In this document: in pieces, positions 12,370 through 23,752 of the stretch
Position numbering within the stretch: position 1 is the stretch's first letter
How the letters are laid out: every line of letters starts with the position of its first letter
Source of the DNA: Chromera velia
Lineage: Eukaryota
DNA length: 49,584 nucleotides
Assembly: GCA_018398765.1 (NCBI GenBank)
Contig: JAHBMJ010000416.1
Coordinates: 1-49,584, forward strand
Direction of reading: 5' to 3'
The notes under the pieces: generated by a model
Told to the model about the DNA's origin: nothing
The model's database searches: none
What the model saw: the letters and a program-made list of their open reading frames with translations, nothing else
Program-made: the position numbers and the translations under genes

Positions 12370-13992
12370 TCACGAAGCAGTCCCGCTCCTCCCCCCTTGT
12401 ATCAGCTCGGGGTCTCTAGTGAGCTTCTCCTCCCTGTGCTTAGGCCGGCCGAGCCAATTTGTAGAGGAAAAAGAGTCTCGACTATTCGGAGCGGAAGAGT
12501 GAAAATTTCTACGCAATTTTTTTGAAAGAGTGTGCAACTCGTTGGGGGCTTCACAGGTGGTCTCATGATTCGGCGTGTCTCCTTCCATCTCCTTTCTTTC
12601 CTCACTCAGCACCCAAAACTTCTTCCTTCTCAAAACGTCGGACTCAGATGGAGCCTTTCTGGCATGCTCTCTCTTTACCCTCCGTCTCTCAATTTTTCTC
12701 AGTTCTTCCCCGAGCCCCATCTTTTCTACCCTCTCTATCGTGTCTCTCACTGTCCACTCGGTCATCTCTGCCTCTAACAACTTCACCCTTCTCTTCAATA
12801 TTTCCTTTGCTTCCATCACCCTTTCTATTCTCTTTCTGAGCTCTTTTATCGATCTCTTTTCTTCCTTAATCAACGTTTCTTGCTCGTCTTCCCTTGAGAG
12901 CCTTCTTTGGGGGGGAGGCCGGCTCCCGACCTCTCTCTTTCTTCCTCCCCCCTTCTCCTCCTTCAACTGCCAACCCCGTTAACGGCCAACACCGGAGGCC
13001 TCCCCCCCGGCGTTTGCCTGCTGCTGCTTTGCACTTCCGTTCTGCACCTGCATCCTCTTCTTTCCCTTCTGCTCAATCCTGGGGCTCGGTTTCGGGATTC
13101 CTGTTTGCTAGCCATCTTTCTCTGTTCCCCCCATCACAAGATCTCCATCTCCCTCTAGGGCTCTCGGTTGGGGTTGCTCTGAGAGGGGAATGCCTAGTCT
13201 CTGAAGGGCCTTCCTCGCCTCTTCTTTCTTCTGGTCGCTGGAAGCTGCATCTCCCATCAGTCCCACTGCCCACTTTTTCATTCAATTTGCCGCGTCTGTC
13301 TGCTCTTTCGTCCTTGGGATCATACAGCGGAGTTGGTCTCCTGTTTCTGGGTGCTGCATGTTGTTCTGTTCATCAAAGAGGGAGTCGAAATCCCTTGCTA
13401 CTATTTCTGCACTGAAGACCATCTTCATTATTGACCTCCACGACTGATGGTTCATCGACATCACCTCCTGGAATGCCTGGAACATCGTCTCAGCAAACGC
13501 TGCAGCCTGCAGTCGGGTATCTTTTCTTGCCCCATTGGGATCGAGTGCTGCTGTGTAGATAAAATTCTTTGTGTGTATGCGGATGTCTTTCTTGGGCAGT
13601 TTCAGTCCAAGAACAACCCGCGAGCAGATTCTCCTCTCCTCTTCCACCTTCTCCTTAGCCGATCTTTTCTGTCCCTTCTCCAAATTTCCCAGTCTCGTTT
13701 CGTGATCGTTCACCATCTGCTGTATCTTTCTTTGATACTCCCCCATCTCTTCTATACTATCTTTCAGTCCCTGGATCTTCCTTCCCAATTTCTCTTCTGT
13801 TCGAGCCTCGCTTTCACGGAGTAGCCTTTCCATAGTACCTTCCGTGAGAGCTAGCTGCTCGGGCATCTTCTCCCTGTCCTTCAGCATCTCCTTGTGGGTC
13901 TCTTCTTCGTCTGAGCTGATATTAAAGAGGCCAGGGCACTTCAGAAAGTTCGTCTCTGCGTCTCTTTCCTCCTGTTCTGTCATTCTGACCAC
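12370..13992 (-). pseudogene. LINE ORF1-like coiled-coil protein, disrupted by in-frame stops
   Basis: ORFs 13282-13992 and 12370-12966 share one frame, separated by TGA 13282, TAG 13108 and TAA 12979. Heptad-like E/K/R/L-rich sequence (KIQGLKDSIEEM...HETRLGNLEK) in the position expected for ORF1. Confidence 0.65.
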
Positions 13993-14769
13993 AAAGAAAA
14001 AGTGAGACGGCTAAGGATTTTTGACTGTTGCACGTGTGTCCAAAACTTTGCCATCTCTTCACCTTTTCTTCTCGGGAAGCTTTCGTTCTAATTCGCTCTG
14101 AGAGCGCAGCTCGCAGAAGACAGAAGACAGCTTGCAGAAGATTTAATGACTAAGTTCACTTACTAGCTCACTCAGCCAGATAGAACATTCAAACTAGATT
14201 TATCTATATTTGAACTGCATTCCAAATGGTATATATATAAAGGGCATACAGGCCATGATACGGTACTGGCTGCCGTAATCTAAGCCATGACTGGCCACAG
14301 TGTGGCATGCATGCTTGGCTAATGCTACTAGTAATGCATTCCCTTCGAATGTTCCTATATTAACATTTTGATTTGTTTTTTACCCAATTAAGCCTTTCAA
14401 GTGATTTGGCCTAGGATTTGGCTTCATGCAGATTAACATTAAGCAAACCGTATTAGGATTAGGATTTATGTCCGGAGGATTGGCCTCCCGCCCCAATGCC
14501 GAATGTCCGACGAGAGGTAAAACACTAGGTAAAACATACATGAATGTGCATGATTATGTGCCTTGAGCTACTTGTGTCGTAAACTCGGAAGTGGCGTCAA
14601 AACATATAGCCGGAGGATAGGCCTGAGGTCTGTCACCATCTGCATGTAAGACTGTGATCAGTTAGAAAGCGCTTTGGAACTAGCTCGAGTCTTAGTTGGT
14701 TTCCTCCCTTGAGATAAAACCAGATTGCTTGGCTGTTTCACGAGGAGCACGGCAGAGATGAAGGAGCTC

Positions 14770-17700
14770 TCACCGGATTTCCCCCAAACCCTTCGACCCC
14801 ATGCTGGTTGACAGAGAAACTAAAAGAGGAGGGGGAACAATGTCCCGCCACTCATCCGGCCCCCTCTCTCCTTCTGTTTGTTCCAGCAGATTTTCAACCA
14901 AATAGGTTTCATGCGAAAGGAGACGGGCCACCCGACTGAGCCCAGCCCAGCGGAGAAACCGCTCGAGGCCATCACAAAACAGCCCCACCTCCTTCGAAAA
15001 ACGAGAGAAGCTCGAACCTTCGGCCAAGGGGGGGGCAGAATACGCTCCTGCTACCCCACCCTCACTGCTCTTAAAGGACGATGGAGGAGGAACCATCCTC
15101 TCGGGCCTCAACTCCATCAACTTTTTGACACTTGAGGGCATAAAGACGTCCCACTCTCTGCAAATGCTCCTCAAATTCAAAATACCCCTCAGAGTAGGAG
15201 GCACCACTTAATAGTACGTACGCCCTGTGCTCCTTCATTTTCTTTCGAAGAAATCGACCTCTGGCAAAGTCCACCCAATGACACAGCCAATCACAAATTT
15301 GAGGCCTCATCCTATCCGGAGGAAGCTCATCGAAGAGCACTTGCTGAGCTCTTCTCTCCCCCTCCTCCCCCCCCTGCTTGACTAGCCAGAAAAAGAGACG
15401 AAAATCACCTCCCCATATCGACGATTCGCCCCTCTGAGGCTAAAGGGTGTCAACGTCTCAGAAGAAAAGGGGTCCAAGTCGGGATGGCGACAGGGGTCGT
15501 ACAACTCCACGAAGAACGAATCGGGACCTAGAACCAGCTCTCTCTCTGTCATCTCCCTGAGATGCTTCTGCAACGTTTCCCTCATCTCTGTAAGCAAGCA
15601 GGCAAGCAAGGAAGCAAGCAAGCAAGCAAACGAAGAAGTACTGGATCTCACTCACTGAGTCTCAAACTGCTCCATGCAACCAAAAATGCCCCCCACAGCG
15701 CAGAGGAAGGATGGCACACAGAAAAAGAGGGACAGAAATGCTCAGCGAGCGCCCACAATAAAGTGCGTACCTAGTACGCTTGCTTATTCAGCCAGCATTA
15801 GAAAAGACAGGGAGGGAGGGGGGGCATCCAGCCATGCAGAGCCAAACGGGAAAAAGCAGGCAGGAAAGGAAAGAAACAGACTGTGCACAGAAAGGAGAAA
15901 AGAGGCCCTGAAGTTCAAAAGAAGAAAGCGGATGATTGAATGAAGAGAGAAAGAGGAACTCCGGCCCTCTGGTTCCGTCCAAAAAAGTCCTCCCTCGACC
16001 AACAGACAGGCAGTTAGAGAGATATACTAGTTGACGACCTTCTGGCGGTCCTGGCGGCTCTTTGTCTGCCACTGAGGCTACGTGCTTTGCCACCTCCACC
16101 TCATACTGCCTCAACAGAGTGGGTGTGGGAATGGAGGGGGGCATACTCCCATCAGCTTGGGGGCCCTCTTTGCCCCCTCTCAAGGGGGGCGGGCTCCACT
16201 GCACAGGGATTTCTCCTGAACGCATCTACTGCAACGAATCCTATCGCCGCAATGCCACCGCTAGGTGGACGCCGTAGGCGCTCTTCTGTGCAATCACTTG
16301 GGGGTCGTGGCTTTCCATCAAGAGGCTGTACAACGACTGCAACAGTGCAACATCACCCCACCCTGCTGCGATACACAAAGGTCCAAAGGACCATAGATCG
16401 GCAGCATCCCTCTCATACCAGACCTCAGATACAGGAAGGAGTCTCAAGGCTTCGTTGGCAGATTTAACGCCCACCTCTGCAGCCTCTCTGAGTTGCCTGG
16501 CAAGCCAGAGGACTGAGTCGGGATCTGCGACGGCCTCCTGTGCAGTGAGACCTGCGAGGGCTCGGAGAAAGTTGTGGGGCGCTAGGAGGGGGCTGAAGGT
16601 CTCTCTGACCCATCGGAGGAAGGGCAGACCCCCTTTTACCATGGCCATATCGAGAGGGCAAAAAACTCTTTCCCCTTTCAAAGAGTTCAGAACAGACAGT
16701 TTGAAACGGTCCTCATGCTCTTCCCGTGTCAACGGCAGGGGGATCGGCCCGCCGGCAGCTCTCATGAGCATCTCTATCCACTTCCACACACGCATCACAA
16801 CGTCTGGCCTTCCAACAGCCAGAGCTGCGGACATCATGGCAGACACAACTCGGGAGGAAGCAACGCAACGACAAAATTCTAAATTATCAGAATAGACGTC
16901 TCTTTGTGGCCGATAATTTCTGTTGGAGTGTCTCTGGGAAATATCTTCCAAAATTCCCTGTCTCTCAAACCGCTCCACCTACCTCTTCAATGCCTACACT
17001 ACAAGGAGCCTCTCCTCCTGTGTGGCAAACTCCTCCATCACCAGGCTATCTGCTGCTCCGCTTTTGAGAAGAGAAAGGAGCAGAGACCCGAGCTCTTTGT
17101 ACACCCTCCAAGAACCAAACAAAACCTCATCCCACTCCGCTAAGGTTGCATGGATGCTCAGCTTTCCCTTTCGCACAGCTTCGGCATGCTACCACACGGG
17201 CGGTGTGCCTCTGAGCAGTGCAGAGCCGTCTCCCCGGATTCTGCATTTACCTCCCTGTCTCTCTCAACGGTCCTCCTCGCGCATCATGAAACCACCGACA
17301 AGAGTAGCGAACAGCTCATCATCCCCCCCCACTGCTGTACCCCTCAAAACCGCATAGAGCTTAGAGAAGGTGGAAACGCTTTCGAGCGTCCACTCCTCAG
17401 TCAAATTTCTGCTCTTCCAAGGCCAAACCGTGTCTGGAAGATCAAATCCCTGGGCTTGGAATGAAAGAGAGGGAAAACGAACGGGCAGTGAAAGCACGTC
17501 CAGCTGATTGCTAGTCTTCATACGTGCACCACGAACAAAATATGCTCAGGGTGGGGTTAGCAAAGAAGGTCCATCAGCCAGCTGATCACCTTGAATCCAC
17601 CTCCCGTCTCTCCCGTCTCCTCCACCTCCTCTGTCACCCTCATCTGTAAATTGCCCCCAAATACCTCAAGCCCCCTCTTGGCGAACATCTTACATACACT

Positions 17701-17814
17701 GCGTACCACTATCGAAGCGGCCGAAGACCGAAACTTGAGAATGCAGCTGCCCACCCCTTCACTCTCGACAAGGGTGCAGAGATCATACTCTTCGTCGTCT
17801 GGTTCGGAACTCAT
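14770..17814 (-). pseudogene. Intron-containing pseudogene, N-terminal F-box-like segment plus ankyrin-like repeats
   Basis: N-terminus ...GSCILKF...IVVRSVCKMF resembles an F-box; GPLCIAAGWGDVALLQSL and AYGVHLAVALRR resemble ankyrin repeats. GT-AG intron at 15588-15655. Frame 17521 to 16225 is continuous apart from six stops. The domain calls are by eye. Confidence 0.6.
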
Positions 17815-18079
17815 TTTTTTTCAAAAGGGGGGGGAGGAATTCCAGTCAGCTTTGGCAGCAACAAAAAGGTTTAATCGGACTGGAGGCTACGACGTATCGA
17901 TAATATACACAGACAAAAGAATTTCCACCACCATGTGCGAGAGAACGACCAAGTGCAGCTCTCAGTGAATAGGATAGGAGTCTGCCAAAATCCGCTGGAA
18001 CGTCAAAATTGTGCCTGCATGCATGTGAGCCGTGGTTCACCAAGTATATATACATAGATGAAGAATCCGCACGTATCGA

Positions 18080-18145
18080 AGCCAACCAAGCCAACCAAAC
18101 CAACCAAGCCAACCAAGCCAACAATGCCAATCAGCCAATCAGCCA
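18080..18145 (+). repeat. (GCCAACCAA)n 9-bp tandem repeat in the 5' UTR of the CRE-type element
   Basis: Directly visible, about 7 degenerate units just before ATG 18152. Confidence 0.85.
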
Positions 18146-18151
18146 GGCGCC

Positions 18152-21100
18152 ATGCCTCCAGGGGGCGGCTCAGCTCCCAGGAGACGCTGGAGAGGCTGCA
18201 CTCACCCCTCTCCTACTCTGAGGTTCCCAATCGTTAACCGGCCCAAAACACCTGACTTTGATGGCATGCTTTCCCAATCTGTTGCCTCCTCTCCACCACT
18301 TTTCCACTGGTTGCCACAGGCCGTCACACTGGCCACCGTCTACGCCTTCGGCCTGTCTATTCTCCAGTAGCAGAGCGCAGCAGAATCCATTGCTTCGCTT
18401 GCGGTGGTGATGACACTCCTTAGCCAAATTGACTGGCTCGACTGTATCGTGTAGGCAACAGTAATCGGCTTTGCTGTTGCCCTGCATCTACTCCTCTACA
18501 CCCTCTGTGCCTTTGCCAGCTGCCTCGCCACCATCATTTCTGCAGTGGTCAAGACGGGTTTCGAAGTTGGGGTTATTGCCCTTGAAGCGACAACTTTTGT
18601 CTGGAAGGCGACGTGGGTCTCCCTGGAGACCGCATTCCTCGGGGACAAAGTCGAGCCAAGGCGGGCAACACGTGCATATTCTACCAGGGAGCTGTTCCGC
18701 AAAGCCAGGTCAATTCGTTTTGGAGGCGTCATTGTCCTGAGTGCTTGCATAGCGCTGGCAGTCAGACTCTGCGCAGGCAGAGCTGCGTTACCTCTTACAG
18801 GTGCTACAATCTCTCCTTCTCTCCCTGGCTCTGGCCATATATGTACAGGCAGAGCAATCTCGCTCACCGGAGGAATTCACACCAGGGTGACCCTCAAGGG
18901 AGTGACGCAGACAGATACCCCCGTTTTCGATGTTATATCCAGTACGGAAGCGGCCCTGCCCTCTTCCTACGGCTCAACCTCATCCTCAGGCCTACGTAGG
19001 CCCAGGGGAAAGTCAAAGCAGAGGGAGGGATGGAAGGGGAGGGCAGTCCCCCCTTTTCACCCACACCGAGAAGGAGTAGAGGTCGAGCCAGGCGGGGTGC
19101 AGGCCGGCGATCTGCACAAAGAGAACGGGGTTTTGAGGCGGGAGAGGGTCTAGCGCCCCAGGTGGGGAAGGCACCAGCCAGGGCGGGCCTATTCCTACGG
19201 TGGTGGAGCAACCACCCGCCCAGGCCCAGAGGCCTCGAGGGGGGGAGGCGCTGACCAGCTGGTGATAGCTGGCCTTCACCCCCAGCAAACGCGTGCGGCA
19301 GAGAGGGTTGTCCACCGACGTCAAAGGGGGCCTGGGCGTCTTTTCACGGCGTTCGTATTCTTTTCCCTCTTTCTCTCGCAGGTGCAGCAGGCAGGACTCC
19401 AGGGCCGTCGGCCTTCCCCTCCCAACCTCGAGGCATGGCACTTGCTAGCCCGCATGGGGGGATTTGGGGGGGACGTCAACAGGGCTGTGCACTCTACCGA
19501 GGGCAACATACCATCACGGGAAGGAGACAACAACCGGAGGGACCGTCACGGGGGGGAATCGGACAGAGAAGACGAGGAGCCGTGGACCCAAGGAGAACCG
19601 ATCGAACCAAACGAGCTTTCCCCACGCACCAGGCCTCCCATTGCCCCTTCCAGAATCGACCCGGAGACCCGCTTTGCACAGCACCCCCATCCGATACAGC
19701 GTTGGTCAAATCCCGTCCTAGCGGTTACAGTACCCCAACTTGCGACACCCGGGGCCGAACGAGCACCAAGCCAGGCCGCAGGGGTGACGAGACAGACGGA
19801 GAGAGAGAAAAGACGGATACAGAATGCGCTGCTTCCTTCAAACCACGGGCCACAGCGGAGGCAGGATGTAGCTGATGCAAGTTTAGCCTCCGCCTTAGCC
19901 AGCAGTTCTGCTCCTGCTCCCGCCTCCTCGCTGACAGGGCCAGGCCCGCTCCAAATAGCAAATTCAGCCTCAGCCTCGGCCTTGGCCTCCGCCTCCGCTT
20001 CTTCTTCTTCTTCCTCTTCGTCTTCAATGCCTGCCCCCTCCCCCAGACAGAATGCATCGGCTGCCACGTTAGCATTGCCAATGCCCGCGGCGTTGTTTCT
20101 ACCAGCAGCAGCAGCGGCCGCGGCGGCGGCAGCCCCCAGGAGGTCACCGACGGCATCAGTAGTATCTCGTTTCCTGCCCACCCCCTTGAGACACTCCATC
20201 GTAGAGACATCCCTCCGGGCAAGGCAACAAGCAGGAGAGGGCGCAGAGCAGCGGGCGGCAGCGGGTTTGGCACCAGGGGGGGACTTCTCCTCAGGGGGCC
20301 ACCACCGCCCAGGAGATTTGCAAGACACTGCGGCATCTCGAGCACCCACAGACACAGATTCCAATCCAGAGGAAACACAAAGCGTGGGGGTTCCATCTCC
20401 TCAAGACGAAGGCATGGGGGGCGCGGAAGGCGATGGCATGGGGGTCTAGATTCCTCTTTCTTCGGATCCCCCCACAGGAGAAGGGGATGACCCGATGGAC
20501 GGACAAGCAGAGACGGCGATGGCAGCAAACGGACAGGCCCCAGCGCAGGACGAGCAAGACCAGCGAAGCGAGGCAGGTAGTGACGGAGACCCAGACGACG
20601 GAGTGGATGCTTCAGAGCGGGCAGCGGGGTGGGAAAGTAAATGGGCCTTCTCAGATTCTGTCGATTGGACAGTGGAAGTGTGGGATGACTTGGATATTCC
20701 TACAGACAGGCACATCGACTCGAGACTGCGCCCCGCCTTGGCAGCTGTCATTGAAAAGATTGTGGACTGGATAGGAGACGAAGACGCCATCAAAGCAGAA
20801 CGTGCGTGGAAAGCTCTGGCCTATTTCCCTTCGATCTTTTTCCGCAAGGACAGACGAGGGGGACCTGCTTCCTTATTAGCGCGCAGGCGGCGGATCAAAG
20901 CCTTTTGGGAGGGAGACTTTGAGTCGCTAGTGCAAGTTCTGCGGGAGGACGTGGTGCGCATGAGGGAGAGACAACGAAAGGGCTAGGAGAGGAGGGGGCG
21001 TCGTTCTACCCAGCAATGTACAGAAGACGACCTGGTTTCCAAACGGAAACAAGTGCAGGGTCTGATAGAGGAGGGGGCGCTGTCAAAAGCCGCCTCCCGT

Positions 21101-23752
21101 CTCCAATCCTTCGGGGTGGCCCCAGCATCACCAGCTACCTTCAGGAAGGTAGCAGGTATGTTTCCGCGTAGAGCCCACCCTCTTCTCCTCCGGGGCCCGC
21201 CCCAGAGCGACTCTCAGTCACAGTCCTCAGGCTCTCAGTCTCCTCTGCTCACACTGTCTCGCGACAATCTGCTCGAAGCGATCAGGTCTGTGTCAAAGGG
21301 ATCAGCACAGGGGGTCACGGGATGGCGTTACGAACACTTGAGCTACTTCCTCCCGAGAGACGGCTCAGCGCAGGCGCGCATCCTTCGTATTGCTACATGT
21401 CTTGCAAGAGGAGATGCCCCAGTGGGTTTCATCTCACTGCTCGTGGGAGGCAGGTGTTTCGCCTTGAATAAGAATGCCAAAGGGACAGAGGTGAAACCCA
21501 TTGTGGTAGGGGACGTCCTTCGTCGGTGGGTGATGAGGGCAATCCTGCTGGAGTTCGGCGTGCAGTTCGAGAGGCACCTGGGCCCCCTACAGTTTGCAGT
21601 GCATACAAGGGCAGACACAGAGAAATTGTTCCGTTGTATGCAGACGTGTTTGCAGCAGTTCCCCTCGTCAGCTGTGCTGAACTTGGACGCATCGAACGCC
21701 TTCAATGCATGTGACCGGCAGGTGATTATGGACCAGGTTCATGCTCATTTCCCCCAGTTGTACTCTTTCTTTGCTTTGTAGTATGGAACTCTTTCAGACT
21801 TAGTCTTCAGAGACCAGTCAGGGCTCCTCCGGAGGATCACATGCGAAGAAGGGGTACAACAAGGGGATGTGGCGGGTCCCCTTCTCTTCTGCATGGGGCT
21901 AAAACCTTCCCTAGACGGGTTGCTGGGGGATTTACAGGCAAAGCACGGGGGAAGGGGGTGTTTCATCGGCGCTTTCATGGACGACGTGTCTATGGTTTTC
22001 CCCGTCTGTCCTTTCCAGCAGATCCCTACAGACGGACATGACGACAGCATCTTGCATGCGTGGAAAGTGAGCGCAGCCAGGTTGCAGAGTTTCGAGTTAA
22101 CCCTGCGACCTGACAAGAGCTCGGTCCACTCACCTTCGTGGCAAGGGCTCAGGGAATGTCCGAGCGCATACCCATCACTGCCTGGAATCATCCTATCCCT
22201 TGCAGGTTTCTGACTCTGCGGGGCGGCCAGTAGGACTACAGAGTATCAGAGTGCACACTTTGATAAAAAGCTGAAAGAGGCGCGGGAGTTGAGCCAGGCA
22301 GTGGAAGGGTACCGTGACCCCCAAGGAGCCCACCTCCTTTTCCGTTTCTGTGTTCTGCCGAAGCTGATTTATCTGACAAGGATTATGAGGGACGTCATTG
22401 CGCTAAGCGAATGGTTTCAGGCGGACAGAGAGCTAGGCGAATCGTGGGTGCGTATCATGGGTATGATGGAGCAGGAATGGGCACACGGGGAGATGCGGAA
22501 TCAGGCGTACTTACCGTAGTACCAGGGTGGACTAGGTCTTACCTGCTTTCGAGCAACCGCAACAGCAGGTCTGCTAGGCAGCTGTGGGGCGACCCTGTCA
22601 ACGGTGATAGAACGTCTCACTGACCAGTCTTTCTTGGGCCCTAGTCAGTCCCCAGACAGAGATACCTTTTTTGCACTCCCCTGGCTGCAGGCGTCGAAGA
22701 GGGAATATGAGAGAGCAGAGAGCGCGACGGAGTCTATGAAGCTGAAGGCCCACCATCCTCTGCGCCAAGGATGGGATGCTCAGTCAGGATGCTGGTGGAG
22801 AGCCCCTCATACCCAAGAGCAGCAGAGGATAACGGATGCGCTTCATCAATCCCGCAGGGTCTTCCTCTTCTCTAAGGTAGGGCTGTCTGAACGTGTCCGT
22901 CTCCATTCATGCTCTGGCAATGGAGCCTCCGCATGGCTCAGCGCCATCCCGTCATCAGGTTGGTTGCGCTTCCCTCCGGCAGTGTACAGAGTCGCACTCC
23001 ACATTCGTTTGGGCCTCCCAATCCTCAAGATGCGAAGGGCAGGTGTGTGTGTATGTGGGTCACCGCTCGACCCTCGGGGCCACCACGCACAGAAATGCCC
23101 GAATGGGGGGGGAGTGCACTGGCGGCATGAGCAGGTAAAAGGTGCATTTACCCAGATCCTGAGGGGTCTCCGACATACTCATGTGCTTGAGGAGACGACT
23201 TTTGGGCACTTGGGAGTGGCGATGGACTCAAGACTCACTGAGGAGCGCAACAAGCGAGTGGACCTTTTTGCCTCTCTATCGAATGGAGACACCCTCCTTA
23301 CGGATGTTTCTGTGACTTTTCCGATTTCTTCTGATGCTTCCCGCCTGCGTACAAGGTCTAAAACAGCAGGAGCAGCAGCAAAGACGAAGAGCGAGGAGAA
23401 AGTGTGGAAGTACGCAGTAGCAGCATGCGCTGTGGGACTGTGGTTTGTCCCATTGATCTTCGAGACCTTTGGACGTCCGGACAGGGAGACTGTCTCTTTC
23501 GTCAAAGAGCTGGTCAGTGTGGCTAGTTTGAGGGCAGGGTTTTCAACAGAGGGTGAGCTGATGGCTGTACAGGCTCGGTTGACTGATCGTTATTGGAAGA
23601 TCCTTGGTTGCACGCTTCAGAGATATGTGGCGATCAATGTTTTGACCTCTGCATTCCACGGCAGGGGTCAGAGGGGGCCGTTCCAGCCAGACTCTCTTCT
23701 CGGTCGGGAGTTTTCCATGCAGCTGTCTCACGAGAGAGACCGCTTTGTGTAG
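18152..23752 (+). pseudogene. CRE-type ORF (1866 codons plus stop): hydrophobic N-terminus, low-complexity linker, RT, CCHC, REL endonuclease; 8 internal stops and no frameshift
   Basis: RT motifs SAQGVTGWRYEHL, KPIVVGDVLRR, QFAV, LDASNAFN, GVQQGDVAGPLLF, FMDD, GGLGL. REL motifs CVCG...HHAQKC, RHEQV, RVDL, TDVSV, KVWKY, FVPLIFETFG. The listed ORFs from 18152 to 22604 all share one frame. Confidence 0.9.

Larger units (their letters stand above)
2794..14142 (-). mobile_element. Degenerate APE-type non-LTR retrotransposon (LINE; RTEX/L2-like), interrupted by an LTR element
   Basis: Minus-strand order is ORF1-like coiled coil, APE endonuclease, RT, C-terminal CCHC, 3' UTR, then a (TCAA)n tail at 2794-2814. 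The 5' boundary is approximate and no convincing TSD was found. The clade call rests on domain order and tail type only. Confidence 0.9.

Noticed and set aside
18152..23752. TAG reassignment or programmed amber readthrough as the cause of the in-frame stops
   Set aside because: Intact genes in the window have no internal TAG and the transporter ends on TAG. TGA and TAA stops and missense transitions at conserved residues co-occur, which favours mutation.
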